A stretch of 64,000 nucleotides of DNA from the NCBI RefSeq assembly GCF_009914755.1, contig NC_060944.1. One strand, written 5' to 3'. Shown here in pieces: positions 40,171 through 56,080 of the stretch. Source of the DNA: the human T2T-CHM13v2.0 reference genome, Homo sapiens. The notes beneath the pieces were generated by a model. That model saw only the letters and a program-made list of their open reading frames with translations, did no database searches and was not told the DNA's origin. Position 1 is the first letter of the stretch; each line of letters starts with the position of its first letter. Made by a program: the position numbers and the translations under genes.

Positions 40171-41839
40171 TCCATCTAATAGATGGGAGTCACGCTGGGA
40201 AGAATTACGGCTCCCAAAGATGTTTACAGACCCTAGACAGAACCTGAAAGATTCCCCTGCAGAAAGCTGGAATTTAGATGGAGGATCAGAAGACAAAGTT
40301 AAATAAAGCACTACGTCAACAAAGAGCCCTCCCTTTGTAGAATTGCATGCAGTGCTAAGAGGCTCATTTCGGAACACGGTTGTCTCCTGTTCAATACATA
40401 GCAAATGACTTCCTTACATCCTCTTAAAGAAATGGGAAATATTGAGTGAATTTATCTAACAGCCCACACACTGAGTATAAGCTATTTGCCTTGTGTTATT
40501 ATGACTATGAATTTTGCGTACCTTTTAATCACTGAAGTCTCCAAAGCAACTCTCCAACTTCAAATTCCTTTTTATCCACAGTTCTGCTGATTCCTTTAGA
40601 TCTCCCAAGCCTTCTTACAAGACTGAATATATTACTCATTTATAATACAGTATTTAAATACCCTCTGTTTGATTTTTTTCCTGCTAATCTTATCTTAACC
40701 TCCTCTCCTGAAGTACCACCCACCTTTGCATTTCTTAAATCCAGCATATACCTAAATAGATTGAATTCAAATTTCCATGGTTTCATTGAGAAACCATATT
40801 TTTTTTCAAGCACTTAGTTTAGTTATGGGATTCAATACAAAAATCCCTAGGCAGAGCCCATCTCCTCCCCAAAGTTGAAAACAATAGCATTTGTTTTATT
40901 AATATTTAATATTTAGTGTGCACCAGCCAAATATACAATGCTGCATCAACTTCCACTGTTACGCGCTGTACTCTCATGGGTATTTCCAATCTAATGATAT
41001 TGTGATCTGCCTTTCTTCCACATCAATTTATTTATCATACTTGGCGCAAAGCCTAGCATTAGCTCCAAACTCTACTCCAAGGGGCAAATCCCTTTTTCTC
41101 TGGCAAAGGTTTTTTAAGAAAGCCAAGAGGGGAGATGGAAAAGGCTATAATTTCCTATTTGTAAGTTGATTTATTTTTTAGCCAAAATATACTTTAAAAT
41201 TCAGAGTTCTCATTTTTTAATCAACAGGTCTTTCTTATCTGTACCAATATTTCTTCATCTGCTTACATTACGACTTGACTTCTCCATATCCTCTCCAGCA
41301 GTCCTCAGAGTAAAGACATTTAATTTCGTTAATGGTTTGCCAATCCTTGTTTGCAGCATAAGTGCAAATATTTATCTACGATTTTTCCTCTTATCTTCCC
41401 AGTCCAGTGGCACCCTCCCCTCCCCCTCATTTGTGTCCCTTGTGCCTTAGGAAAGCCCACAACTTCTGGGGTTTTGTCACTAAGTGTTGCTTCAACACTA
41501 GATACACTTGGTTTTCCAGCCAGGAGGTAACTTGTGCCACATCTGCACATGTATAGTCAAGCACTAAGCCACAAATTTGTGCTTCTACTTGCTCTCTTAT
41601 GTGAAATCCTTCTCATTTCTGAAAGCCACTTTTACTGACCTGGATAGACACTATTTATGATTTTCACTTCTCAAAACTAAGATTGAAAATAACTCAAGAA
41701 TTATCTATTAACCAACACATCCCCCAACTTACAAACTTAAAAAAAAATGGATCCAGATTGATCCATTCTTTCTTTTTTTCTTTATTTTCTCCTTCCCATT
41801 TGCTCATCCTTTCCTTTTCCCTTTTATCCTTCTTTTCAT

Positions 41840-42360
41840 TCTAGAAATATCTACTGGGTGTCTCCTTTTTGCCAGGAACAGTTCCAAATGCTGAAGACAC
41901 AGTAAGGTATAAGGCAGGGGGTCTCCCATCTCACAGGACTTACATTCTGGTGGAAGAGATGGGCATAAAACAACAAATTTAGTATTTGTTTAGGACTGCG
42001 ATAAATGCCACTTAGGAGGACAAGATAACATGAAAACCTATTAAAAAGGGGCCTGATCCATTATGGGAGTTGGGTGTGCTCCTTAGGGGATGTAGGTCTC
42101 AACTCGGCAAAGAAAGATCAAGCAGGAAGAACATCCAGGCAGAAGGAAGGGAACCTGTGAAGCCCTGAGATGCAACAGGTCTTGATCCTTCTGAGAAACT
42201 GGAACAACTTTAATGTATCTGTGTAGCAAATGGCAGGAGGTGAGACCAGACGGGTAGGCTCAAAGCCAGTCACTAAGGTTAATGATTGTGGATTTTAACC
42301 TAAGAGCAAAGAAGAGCCACCTAACAGTTCTGGAAAAGTCCCTTTAATTGCTTTGTAGAA
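41840..42360 (-). mobile_element. L2 fragment
   Basis: tgccaggaacagttccaaatgctgaagacacagt..cttacattctggtgg..catccaggcagaaggaa..gaagccctgag. Confidence 0.7.
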
Positions 42361-42899
42361 AAGGAGCCACTAATTCATAACCACCAGATAACATATAAGA
42401 AGGCACTGCCACCTGTAGAATTCTGTGCACCTACTACAAGAGATGACAGCAATGGTGAGACAGTGTCATTTTTCCTCTTCAGGACCCATGACAATGACTA
42501 TTTCTTTAATAAATTCCCTGGGCTGGACCGGAGAAATTGCTGACTCTGAAACCCTGTTCAGCCAAGAGTACAGCTCGATGTAATGGGGACTGAAAGTCAC
42601 TGTTGATTGCTCCATATCCTTAGTAAACAAGACACAGGTCTTTCAAGACAGCAGATTACTGGATGTCAAAATATGCCCTTTTATTATACTTTCGTTTTTG
42701 TTCACAATAACTTCAAAAGTGTATCCCCCACTACTAATGGCAGAAGTTCAATCACTGCACCTGCCCCACCCACCATAGAGCTTGTCCTCCTTGGGAGGCA
42801 TTGATAGCAACAGAGTCAGATTGAAGCAAATGGCATCTAGGGACCTTTGAAAGAGGGTCTTTGTTCTCCTACAGCAAATATATAAGCAAGACAGGTAAA

Positions 42900-43590
42900 G
42901 AAGGGTTATTCTGCAAAATAACAAATATGGTCAAAATGCATATGAAAAATATTCAACCTCACTAGTAATTAGGGCAAAGAATGTTAATACAGGAACAAGA
43001 CAGCATTTGTCGGCAAGTGTTTTAGAAAAGATGAAAAATAAATGATAAACTCTGGGCCACAATAGGTATGGGATCATATATCAGTAGACATTTTCTCAGG
43101 GGCCATTTGCTGATTTGTATCAAATCCTCACAAATGTTCATTTCTTTTCATATACAAATGGCACTGCTAAAAATGTATTCTAAAGAAATTAAGATGTGCT
43201 CAAATATGTATTTACAAGGGCAATTGTTGCAGTGCTACTTGCCATAGCAAAGACGCAGTGAATATCCTGCATGCTCAATATTAGGTTAAATGAAATACGA
43301 TATAGTCATAGGATGAGTTAGCATGCACTTATTCAAAATCATGCTGTAGGTGAATATTCATTGCAGAAGTGTTAACAATACTAAAAAGGAGACAGGCTAT
43401 AAAACAATATGCATAACATGATCCCATTTCATATAAAACATGAAAAGAAGAGACAGACGAGGCTGGGTCAGAGGGACATCACCAACATCTTGCCAGTACC
43501 CATCTCCAAGGAGTGGGATTATGGAAGATTCATTCCCTCATGATTTTTCAGTTGTTCAAATTTTCTTAGATGAGTCTGTGTTGCTTATGT
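42900..43590 (+). mobile_element. Old L1 (L1ME/MC-like) fragment
   Basis: catatgaaaaatattcaacctcactagtaatt..ataacatgatcccattt..gagtgggattatgg. Confidence 0.6.
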
Positions 43591-44212
43591 AATAGATCTA
43601 CTTAATACTAATTGTTTCAAAGGATGTGCAGAAGCATATCCATCTGTGTATTTCCAGCACATAGGATATGCATTCATTAAATGTCTACTGAACAAACTCA
43701 AGATATTCAAGAGAAGAAAGTCAAAAATTGCATGTGTGTGTTTGTGAGTAAATAGTTTTATTCTAATTGAAAGCTTGCGATGTTCTATAAACATAATATC
43801 ATTCCATGAGGATTTTGTAAATGCTGCCTCATTATAATGTATGTATATATTATAACGAACATCCCAGCAGAGGGAAAGGATGTGTATGTACACACTGTGT
43901 AGATTTGGGAGGAAAAAAAGGAGATTATTGTTAAAAGCAAATAAATTCCAGATTGAAAATGTAGGCTTCTCGTAAGAGATAATAATAATGATAGTAATGG
44001 TTCAATACATTGAAGAGCACTTATGAATGCAAATTCATTTTCAAGTTCTTTCACATTATCCCCAGTACTTTGTACCAGGTTAAACTCCTTAGGATTCTGG
44101 CTGCATTAGCATTTTCTCTTTACACTTTCAAATAAAGAAGTATATATGGGCCAGTTAAAATTCTATCTTCTCCAACACCACATGCTCTCACTCCTATGCA
44201 GAATTTTAAACA

Positions 44213-44590
44213 TTTGATATCCTAGAAGTAGAGTAGAATGGTGTTTACCAGGGACTGGGGCGACTGAAAGGGGAGCAGTTGGGGAGATGTTGGTCAAAGA
44301 ATACAAAATTTTAATTAGCTAGGATAAATAAGTTCAAGAGATCTATTGTACAACATGGTGGCTACAGTTACTAACAACATGTTGTATCCTTGAAAAATAT
44401 TAAGATACCACAACCTTAGTGGTAAGTTGTGTTCTCACCACAACAATGGTAACTATGTAAAATACTGCATATGTTAATTAGCTAGATTTAGTCATTCCAC
44501 AATGTATTTAAACTGCAAAACATCATGTTGACCAGGATAAATTTTATCTAATTTCAAAAAATTTTTAAGTAAAATTAAATATAAATAAAT
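44213..44590 (+). mobile_element. L1MA 3' end
   Basis: agagtagaatggtgtttaccag..ggagatgttggtcaaagaatacaaaattt..agttcaagagatctattgtacaacatggtg..atgttaattagct. Confidence 0.88.
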
Positions 44591-46179
44591 AGTTTATCTT
44601 CAAATATCTAAACAACTGCAAACTTCTCATCCACAACTTTTCAAGGATTTCAGTTTCACTAAGTGCTTAGAAATTTCTAAAATCTATTTCATATACTAAC
44701 TTCTTCCGTTTGAATAGAAACCCAATCAACCACAACTATCAAATCTAAGAAGAAAATTCTACCTAAGGTCTAGCACAGGGGGGTTGCATTGAGGTCCAGG
44801 CCACAGAGAGAATGGGAGAAAGCATGTCAGTGACAGCTTAGAATGCCTGGAATCACACTGTGCATTTATAATTTTCATAGGAAGTATAAACTAAAAGATG
44901 TTGATGTCACCCAAGTGAACACAGTTGTTAGATAAGCATTCCTTGAATTCATCCTTGGAACATAATAAAATAGTTAAAGATAATAGTCTTTTCTCATGTT
45001 GCATTTTTGCTTAACAAAATGAATGATAATTGTGAGCTTTTATCTGACAATAAAGGTTACTGCATTTCTCACTCAAATTGAGCATTAATCTCACTGGGTG
45101 TCTTCCCCCCTTCATTCCCCGCAACATATATCCTTGTGCTTTCCCTATCTCTACCCTACTTCTGAATACCCACAAATTAATGTTGACTAGATGATGAAAA
45201 CTCTTTCCAAAAGGTTTGCAATACCAGCACCTTATCCAAGGCTTAATCTCGTACATTACCATCACAATCAAACAATTATCTGAACACACCTCAGATGCTT
45301 TCTACAAATCTTTTCAAATTTCTACTAAATAGCTTCATTATGCTGCTTTCAATTCACAATAATTAGGCAGAGTTTTGCAATGTTACCTATTGGCCTCATT
45401 TTTTCTGCTTATGTACTAAAGAATAAATTCAAAACAGATCTCTGAAATGAAATGATGCAGCTTAACAGTCTTCAGGTATAAATTGAAGGCATTTAAACTG
45501 ATGTTATGGCCCTAAGCGCCTTTTTGCATTAACTATTGACATATTTGTTTCAAACTTGCTTTGGGTAAAATCCCTCATTACAAGGTTTGGCTGGATGTGG
45601 CCAGGGTAAGAGAATCTAACAAAACCTGTGACTTGAAGTCAGATCTGAGAGGCAGTGACCACAATTTAGGAACTACAGATGAACTTGAATGTCAAAGCTC
45701 CATGACTAAGGAGGGTGGTAGGAGTCTCAATTAAATCTGTAAATATATAAGCTGTAAATATAAAATGGTAGCAGTTCCTACAGTGCTATTGTGAGAAGAA
45801 GGTAACATGAATGTCAAGCTTTTAGTATCATACCTCACACGTGGAGTTCAAGAAACATTATAATGATGATGATGATTTATACACAAAAATCATCTTATTT
45901 CTCAGAAGAAGAATCTCAAGCTCAGATCTTTTGATTTGCATCTCATCGCTCTCTTCAAAACATCCCAACACCTCTGGTTAAAAATGTTCATTGTGTGTTT
46001 TAGTTTTGAGTACGTGTGCGTGAATATGTGTGTGTGTCATATATATGCCTTCATACTAAATTTCTCTCCTCCTTGTTACAAATAAAATGTATACTTATGG
46101 TTATGCTTTAAGGTCTATGATTTCCTTATGTTAATCTCCTTTATGATAATTGTAGCTTTTCTATCTGCTAAATAAACAC

Positions 46180-46350
46180 TGCTCTAAACACTCCCCAGGT
46201 AATAAGCTTATTTAATCCTCACGGCAACTGCATAAAGAAGATACTACTATTATCTATGTTTTACATGTGAGGAAACAGAGACACAAAGAACTAGGCAATT
46301 AACCAACATCATCCTGTTAAATGGCAGAGGCTCAGGTAATATGGCTCTAA
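46180..46350 (-). mobile_element. MIR SINE
   Basis: ttatttaatcctcacggcaac..actattatc..ttttacatgtgaggaaacagagacaca. Confidence 0.75.
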
Positions 46351-47204
46351 GGTTTATGGTCTTTCATCATTCTCCATGGCCTCTGTAAACCAGTAAACTC
46401 AGAAATTCAGTTTGGAAGTGAACCTATGCTTGAGGTTCTTTGCTGGGGCTCTTGATAACACAACCACCAGGCAGTTGTCGATGCCAGCAATCTCCCGGGT
46501 ACCTACTCTTTGCAACATGCTGTAGTCAATGCCTTATAAGAAATAAGGCGGGACCTGGGCTGTGGAGGACTGTTTTCACCTAGGAAGTAAAGTAACAGAG
46601 TCCTCTAACAATGATGACCTGTGGCAAAAATGCCAAGGGCTATTGAAGGGTTCTGAAATTAAGTACAACAGGAATTTTGAGAAAAGAGTCATGACTTTAG
46701 CAGCGAGCTTAGGGGGATATTGCTTTATTTTAACCAGTTTCAAAATGGAGAATTGAGTCAAGCAATATTAAGAAAATCAATGCCACCCCTAGTTTGAAGT
46801 TAAGCTGCATCAGTTCATTTCATTGTCCTGAATTGTCTGGGGTGAGCAGATTCCTTGATGTTATGTATTCACCACTGTAGAATAAATGGGAAAACTGGGT
46901 GATGATTGGACACAAAAGAGCAAGAATACCTAACTCATAGCTAAGTGCATAGATCTTTTAATCAGATACAACATCTTTTAACAAAGAATTGTATTTTTCA
47001 TCTGGCATATAAAAGACTCTAAAGAAAAATAGATTTCCTTCCCTGTGGATTTAAGGATTCTGAGTTATGGAAAATTTAGGAGTACGGCAAATCCCTGTTG
47101 CACCTATATAGTCTTCCAAACAAACAGGGATTCAAATAGATTCCAGGTCCTCAGGAGTTTTGATTTCTCTGAGATCCAACTAAATGCATTATTATAATAT
47201 TATT

Positions 47205-47390
47205 ATTAATACATCAAATGCACTGAGCAGCTATCACGTGCCATACACACAAGACACCTCAACATAATTATTTTCCATGATTGTTACAACACAGCTATGA
47301 AGTAAAGATTATTATTCCCTATAAATGAAGAATTGAAGGCCACTGAGCTCAGTGGCTCACCTAAGGTCTGGGATTAGTCAATCAGCAAAG
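47205..47390 (-). mobile_element. MIR SINE
   Basis: actgagcagctatcacgtgcca..acaacacagctatgaagta..attattattccc..tgaggc-like..cctaaggtc. Confidence 0.6.
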
Positions 47391-47536
47391 AATCACAGCT
47401 CTAACATGGTCCAGACGGAAGAAACTTAACTTGTGCAAAAAGCAGCCAGGGTTGTTTTAAAAATGAAAGTACTCACTGAAAAGTAGCTCCCAAAAAGTAG
47501 CCCAATTTTCTTTCAAATCGAATAATTGTTCTAATT

Positions 47537-48140
47537 GTGTTTTCTTAGATTTTGCATTGGGCAACCTATCATCACAGGGCCAATTATCTTAACTATGTTT
47601 TCTTATTTTCTGTCTTCTTGGTGCTCTGGCATTTGGGGACCTTATAGTCCGAGGGTGAGACTGGCCCCCTCAGGGTTAGCTAATTCTTTTCTTGATTTTT
47701 TTATTTATTGTAGCTAATTCTCAAAGGCAATAACAACTGGCCTGAAAGTGACCCTCTGCATACAAATCAGCCAGCCCCGAGTCTACAGCCCCAACCGCTT
47801 CCTTTTCTAACTCTCCCACACCAAGCCAATGTTTCCCCTGCCCTACGTCACTCAGGGTCAGGAACCAGACAGCTAGAGACCACTGCTGGAGCCCAGAGCC
47901 TGCAACATTATTCAAACTGGCTAATCCTAAATTGCTTACTCTGCCCTGCCCTTCCTTTCTGGCAGAAACCCCAATAAAGGCTGTGGCCTAGGCCTTCTCA
48001 CTCCTGCTTCTGCGTGATGTGGTGTGTCTCCCTCTCTCAGGAAATTAAATACACACCTTCTTTCAATAGCATTGGTCTCTCTGTATCACCACTTAGTCAC
48101 CTCCATAAATTAAAATCCCATGGGTATAAATTTTAGAACG
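47537..48140 (+). mobile_element. ERVL-class solo LTR (MER54/MER74-like)
   Basis: tctgtcttcttggtgctctggcatttgggg..cagggttagctaattc..ttattcaaactggctaatcctaa..agaaaccccaataaaggct (poly-A signal). Confidence 0.75.
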
Positions 48141-48246
48141 ATAACAAAGGGAGAAATAAAATGACTTTATTGCCAAATCACATCATAGAAAATCTTATCT
48201 TGGTTGAGGAGAGCTGAAGAAAATATAATCATGAAAAAAAATCTCA

Positions 48247-48383
48247 GCCAGGCACAGTGGCTCACACCTGTAGTCTCAGTGACTCTGGAGGTGGAAGCAA
48301 GAGGATCATTTGGGCCTAGGAGTTTGTGTCCAGTCTGGGCAAAATAGGGAGACCCTGGATCTAAAATAAAGAAAAATAAAAAT
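48247..48383 (+). mobile_element. FLAM / free left Alu monomer
   Basis: gccaggcacagtggctcacacctgta..gaggatcatttgggcctaggagttt..gggagaccctg followed by A-rich tail, no right arm. Confidence 0.85.
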
Positions 48384-48419
48384 GACCTCTTATGTTCATA
48401 TGATATAGATAATCAGCAG

Positions 48420-48421
<2 letters not shown>

Positions 48422-48465
<44 letters not shown>
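48422..48465. repeat. (GT)22 perfect microsatellite
   Basis: Directly visible. Confidence 0.98.
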
Positions 48466-48467
<2 letters not shown>

Positions 48468-48589
48468 AAAAAGAACATTGGGAAGGGAAATATTCAAACA
48501 GGAATGTGGACATTTATTAAAATTTTTTGTGGGTGACCGTTTTCTAAATAAACTTCTCACTTTTTTTAAACTAAGTTTAAACTCACTTT

Positions 48590-48830
48590 AAATTAATTTT
48601 AGTTTTCAGAAGTGTTGCAAAGGTTGTACAGTGAGCCGTGCACACCTTGTATCCAGAGTCTTCTATTATTAACACATTTCATAACCATGGTACATTTGTC
48701 AAAACTTACGAAACCAACACTGATACATTACCATTAACTAAACTCCAGACTTTATTCCTGTTTCAACAGTTCTCTCACGAATGTCCTTCTATTCCAGGAT
48801 CCAATCCAGAAAACCACATTGCATCCAGAA
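48590..48830 (-). mobile_element. L1MC-like 3' end
   Basis: ataaccatggtacatttgtcaaaact..attaactaaactccagactttattc..ttccaggatccaatccag..accacattgcat. Confidence 0.75.
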
Positions 48831-49409
48831 AGCATGTTTTTTAATGTCAGGTAGTAGGTTATGGGTCTGTTATTAAGGAAGCAGAGAATCTGCTTTGCAC
48901 CTATTTGGAAAGACTAGGACAGGGATGTTTCTCTTCAGGTCAGAAGAAACGAGCTCATCATCTTTAAGTGACAAAGTATTCCTACACATAGTTTATGCTT
49001 AGTACTCCCGGTTCGATATAAACAAGATATCTAGTGTGACAGAGGAAGGATCCTCCAAAATTTAAGTAAACAGGATTCTGTATCAGAGGCGAAAAAAAAC
49101 CAAGCATGGGCAGTGAGCCCAGGAACAAGGGAGCAATGTTGGATCTGTCTCCGGGTTATGCATTGAGGTTTGTGGGTGTCATGGCCGAGGCTCTCAGGGA
49201 GCTCCAAGGCAGTCGTCAACAGACTTCCTTTGGCGATTACTGTTCATCAACTACAGGGAGGGATTTGCCACATTTAGCTCCAAATGTGGGCAAAAGAAAG
49301 AAAAAGTGATTCTGGCCTGTTTTATTAGTCTGCCACAGAAAGGGATTTTAGTGGAGAAAAACAATGCAGATGCAGAAAAGGCAGTAATAAAACATAAATA
49401 AATAAAAAA

Positions 49410-49720
49410 CAATGATCAGAACTGAAGGAAGACTTGAATTTTTAAATTGAAAGAGCTCACAGAATTCTGGGCAGAAATATTTATAAATCTGTTCATCTGT
49501 GACAGCATTTTAATTATTTTTAATCCTGAGGACTAAGGAAAGAATGCTGAAAAACTTTTTGCAATGGAGGACTAATACTAACTATTCACCTGACACTAAA
49601 TGCTAGAAGACAATAAAGCATTGCTTGAACTAATAGGGGAAACTATTATCATCCAAGAATTTTGTACAGAAACAGAATGGCAAAATAATGACAGCGATTT
49701 GTGGCAGGCAAAATAAAAGA
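49410..49720 (+). mobile_element. HAL1/old L1 ORF1-like fragment
   Basis: aagacttgaattt..attgaaagagctcac..acactaaatgctagaagacaat..ccaagaattttgtac. Confidence 0.5.
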
Positions 49721-49723
49721 TTA

Positions 49724-50075
<352 letters not shown>

Positions 50076-50406
50076 TTATTCAAGGAGGTACTCCAACAAA
50101 ATTATTATGACAGTCCCAATGAACCCACAAGAAAACCAAAGGCTCAGTGAACCTGGCATTCTGGTCTCAATCTTGGCTTAAACCCTAATCACAAGTTAAT
50201 GTGTTTATGTCTTGGGGCCTCCTAATAAGCCCAAGTGTCTTCTGATTTGGGAAAAGTGTCAGGGGGGGTCACACGTGGGCTACATTTTGACATGTCCCTG
50301 CTCTGTTATGGGACTACTGACTTAACAAGGTCCCTGCTTATGCACATGCAAAAACCACTTGGGCTTCCACCCAAGAATATCCATACCTTCCTTCATAAGA
50401 AGAGTA

Positions 50407-50740
<334 letters not shown>

Positions 50741-51223
50741 TCATGCCAATATGTATGCCAGTTTACAAGACAGTTAGAAAATCAAAACAAGTGTTTATTT
50801 ATTGGAGCAGGAAGAGGGGAGTGAAGCAGCTAGGACACGGAATTCAAAAAGGCTCACACTCTAGGGTCACACAAGGAGGGGATGGGCATGCTGAGGGCCT
50901 CGTTTAATTTTGTGCCCAAGTGCTTCACTTGGCTCATGCTATTCCTGAACCTGATAATTAGTCTTACTAATAAAATCAGGAGTTGATTGGTTTAAAAAAA
51001 GTATATAAAAAACCCAATTGATAATGTTTGTTGTAGTAAAAATTTGGAAACAACCTAAGTCAATAAGGTGATTCCTAAATAAATTATGATTAATCCATAC
51101 AATAGAATACCAAGCAGCAATGGAAGGAGTAGTGTTGATCTCTATGTACTGACTTGGAAGGACATCCACAATATATTATTATCACAGGTGAAATTGCATA
51201 CGATAGGACACTGTTCTATATTA

Positions 51224-52104
<881 letters not shown>

Positions 52105-52224
52105 TATTTGTAGAAAAAAATCAGAGATACATTTAATCATTGAGATAGACATATCCTCAAGCTATTACAATTTAGTTCTACTTAATAATTTACAAGCTCA
52201 TTATATTTATGTATAATTATATTC

Positions 52225-52670
52225 ATCTGCTAATGGCAGAGATCTAAAATAATAGTGATTAAAGCCAGATACATTTTTCTTATCTCTCTCACATACACAA
52301 CAATTAAGAAATCAGAATCTCTATGGAAGTACCCCATTGTCACCAGTATTCCAGGCTCCTTCTGCCTTTCTTCTTGGCAATTTAGTGACTTCTAACCCTT
52401 TATTCATCACCTGCAGCAAGACAGCCACTGTAACTTTAACTCGACATTCTTTTTACAGATAGAAAAATTAGGGCATGGGGAAAAGACATATTTTCCAGCT
52501 ATGTCAGCTAAGCTTTCCTGAAAGGTCCACCCAAATTTTCAATTTATATCTCATTGTCCAATTTTATCTGCAAAAGAGGCTGGGAAATGCAGTTTTTAGG
52601 CCTGCAAAACTGCTGCCCTCAGTGATACAAAGGCTCCTCCCAAGAAAGAAGAAGTATTGTCTGTAGGTAA
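52225..52670 (-). mobile_element. Old MLT1 (J/K-like) LTR
   Basis: ccaggctccttctgcctt..tatatctcattg..ctgcaaaagaggctgggaaatgcagttttt. Confidence 0.55.
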
Positions 52671-52751
52671 TATGAGCTTAAGTAATGTGAGATTGTTTTC
52701 ACAGCGAACTTGTATTACTTTCATATCTTTTATTATAATAAAAATTAGTTC

Positions 52752-53133
<382 letters not shown>

Positions 53134-53454
53134 CTATAATTTAAAGCACTCCAGACATGTCTCTGGCCATCTGTCTTCACCCCCAACCCTGACATCCTAC
53201 AAGGTCCCAGTGCCTCAAAGTCACCATAAACCACCATCACTAAAGATCTTTGGGGGAATCTTTAAGAAATTATGGCAAATGAAATCTAGGGAAAAGCCTT
53301 GGAAAACAAGAGAACAGAAGCTCTCAAAGGAAGGGCAGGACGTTTGGACTACCTTTTACAAAAGGCAGGTCAACTATGAGACAATGTACCTTGTTTCTCA
53401 AAAAAAAAAATTAATTAGACAATCTTTTTTTTGTTCCAAGATGCATTAGATGAA

Positions 53455-53700
53455 ACGTTAGATCCTGAGGATTTCAATGTTTGTTGGTTGGAAATAGGAT
53501 TCCTTGGTCAAATAAGCTGGAGAAAAACCTGACTTAACATCGCTAAGCCACGTGTTTACTGCTAAATTTCTCAGAGGCCTTCATCGGTTAATCACGAGCA
53601 TTGTGATGCTTCAAGGGGTGGAGGGATGCTGCTCTTCACTTTCCCCATAGCGCTATTTCTTCATGCATGATACATATTTTGCAAGGTTACTCTGGCGAAT
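53455..53700. mobile_element. Charlie4-like hAT fragment
   Basis: ttccttggtcaaataagctgg..tttactgc..tttctcagaggcctt..gcattgtga. Confidence 0.45.
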
Positions 53701-53768
53701 TAGATAGTGAAGCTAATACAAGTGTGTTCTTACATTTAAAAAAATACTTTTCCACCTTTTTAGTTAAT

Positions 53769-53865
53769 CAGGCATCACACGGAGGTGTAATGTTAGGATA
53801 ATTCATCATTATTCTTTACATTACCCCTCTGTGACACCTTACATTACACCCCAGTGTGATGCCTG
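53769..53865. repeat. 29-bp inverted repeat (26/29) with 39-nt spacer
   Basis: caggcatcacacggaggtgtaatgttagg versus ccttacattacaccccagtgtgatgcctg. Confidence 0.9.
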
Positions 53866-54085
53866 GGCCAATGAAAAAAATGAGATGATGCTACAAAGTC
53901 AAGATGCTCATAATGCAAAGACCAAGTCATTTGAAATTGTTTCAACTCAAGTTTACACCTTGGTATCATCAATTATTGGTGGTGTGACCTTAACCAAGTC
54001 ACTTCACTTTCTGAGCCTTTATTCTTTCAGCTTTAAAATTAGAGAACTGCCACCCATACATTTTTGCTCCTTAAAGAATAAAGAG

Positions 54086-54501
<416 letters not shown>

Positions 54502-55379
54502 TCAGTACTCTTCTCTTTAAAGTGGGGGTATAATACCTACATAGACAGGTACTGAGAAAATTGTAGAAGATGATCTGTGCAGCTTCTTATAATCGCTCAA
54601 TACAACCTAGTTCAGTAGCACCCTTCCAGTGTCTAACATGTGCTGGATCTTCACCAAGCATTTGTTAAACTTAAGTGAGTCACTTTGTTAATTATAATTT
54701 ACCCCCTCCCCAAATGGCTTTAATTCTTTGGTCATTTGGAGTTTAATGAATGGGCTCTATGACTCGATTTTTTACAACCCTTAGCAGTACAAGCAAAGCC
54801 ACCCAAAGATAGAAGTGATTTAACTTACCAAACACTTTTTCCAAGTTTTGCTCAATATCTAAACTATTGCAATTGTCAGCAAAACCACATTTACTTACCT
54901 ATTTCTCAGTGCTTCAGAGACATTCAAAACGTACTGAATTCAACAATCATTTGAGACTTTTTTTCTTTCTCTACGTAATTTCATTGCTGTTACACTGTCT
55001 TCTTCATATTTAAAGATGAAAAAGTCCTCCTTTTTATTCATCTTTTTATTCTGTGTGATCGATTTCTCCCTCCACATAACAATAATTTTGCTTTCTAGTT
55101 CTGTAGTTATATAAACCAAAGCTGCTTATAAACATGCAGGGTTTATTTTATTTCCATTCATTTCCATTTTAAAGGACTGGGGAACAGGAACACTATGTCA
55201 TCAACTAACTGTCCGAGTGCAATGATGAGATTGCCATGTGGCATCCCAGTCCCCCAGATTTTCAGGAACTTGGGAAATAATAACACAAAGACATCAGCAA
55301 ATAAGGCAGAAGAGGGATTCACAATTGCTGTCTTGCTTTCCTGACATAATTCATTTGGTCTCAACAGGCATGTCAAGAG

Positions 55380-56080
55380 AACATTTTGGAAATGAAGGGA
55401 CATTTCTTTTGATTGTCACAGTGGCTGGAAGATGGCATAGGCCATGACTATCATTTGCATGGTGGGGTCCCAGGATAGTAAATTTCTTTGTTGCAAAGAG
55501 CAAAAGATGCACTTGTATTCTTAATGGCTTTGAAATGTCTCCATGGACGTCATGTAGGAGACAAATTTGTTTATAATCTTGAGCCTGGAACCTAACTGAA
55601 TGTCACATAATGAACATAAAGTATCTGTTGCACAGTTTTAAACACTCAAATTTCCAGGGGGCTAATCTCTGAGTAAATTGATAGATGATTTTATTCTGTT
55701 TGATTCTGAGCTTCTCTGAGTCTTTCACTCATCATTTTGGAAAATCCTGGGATTTTCCAAATACAACAACCAACACAACACACCTGTATTAGTTTGCGTT
55801 TGGAGTTGTATAGATGTGTATAAATAGGAAATTCTATATGTAAGTGCAAATATTTGATTATTACATCTTCTAACATGGTCAAGCCTAAATGTTCATGTAT
55901 CAAAATGCACATTTTGTCATAAATCACAATAGTTTTCTCTTATTTCTCTTTCATATTATGATTAGGACATTCTAGTTTTACATTACATGGTAAATAGGTT
56001 ATAACACCCATGAATTTTACTTCATGAGAGGAAAAGATATATCATGAAATATTTGTTATAAACATTGGCATTGGATTGGA
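55380..56080. mobile_element. MER20B-like hAT element
   Basis: cattttggaaat..gattgtcacagtg..catgtagg..tgtttataat..tgagcctggaacctaact..tttccagg. Confidence 0.6.

Noticed and set aside
41570-41581. 12-bp palindrome cacaaatttgtg
   Set aside because: Many palindromes of this length are expected by chance in 64 kb.
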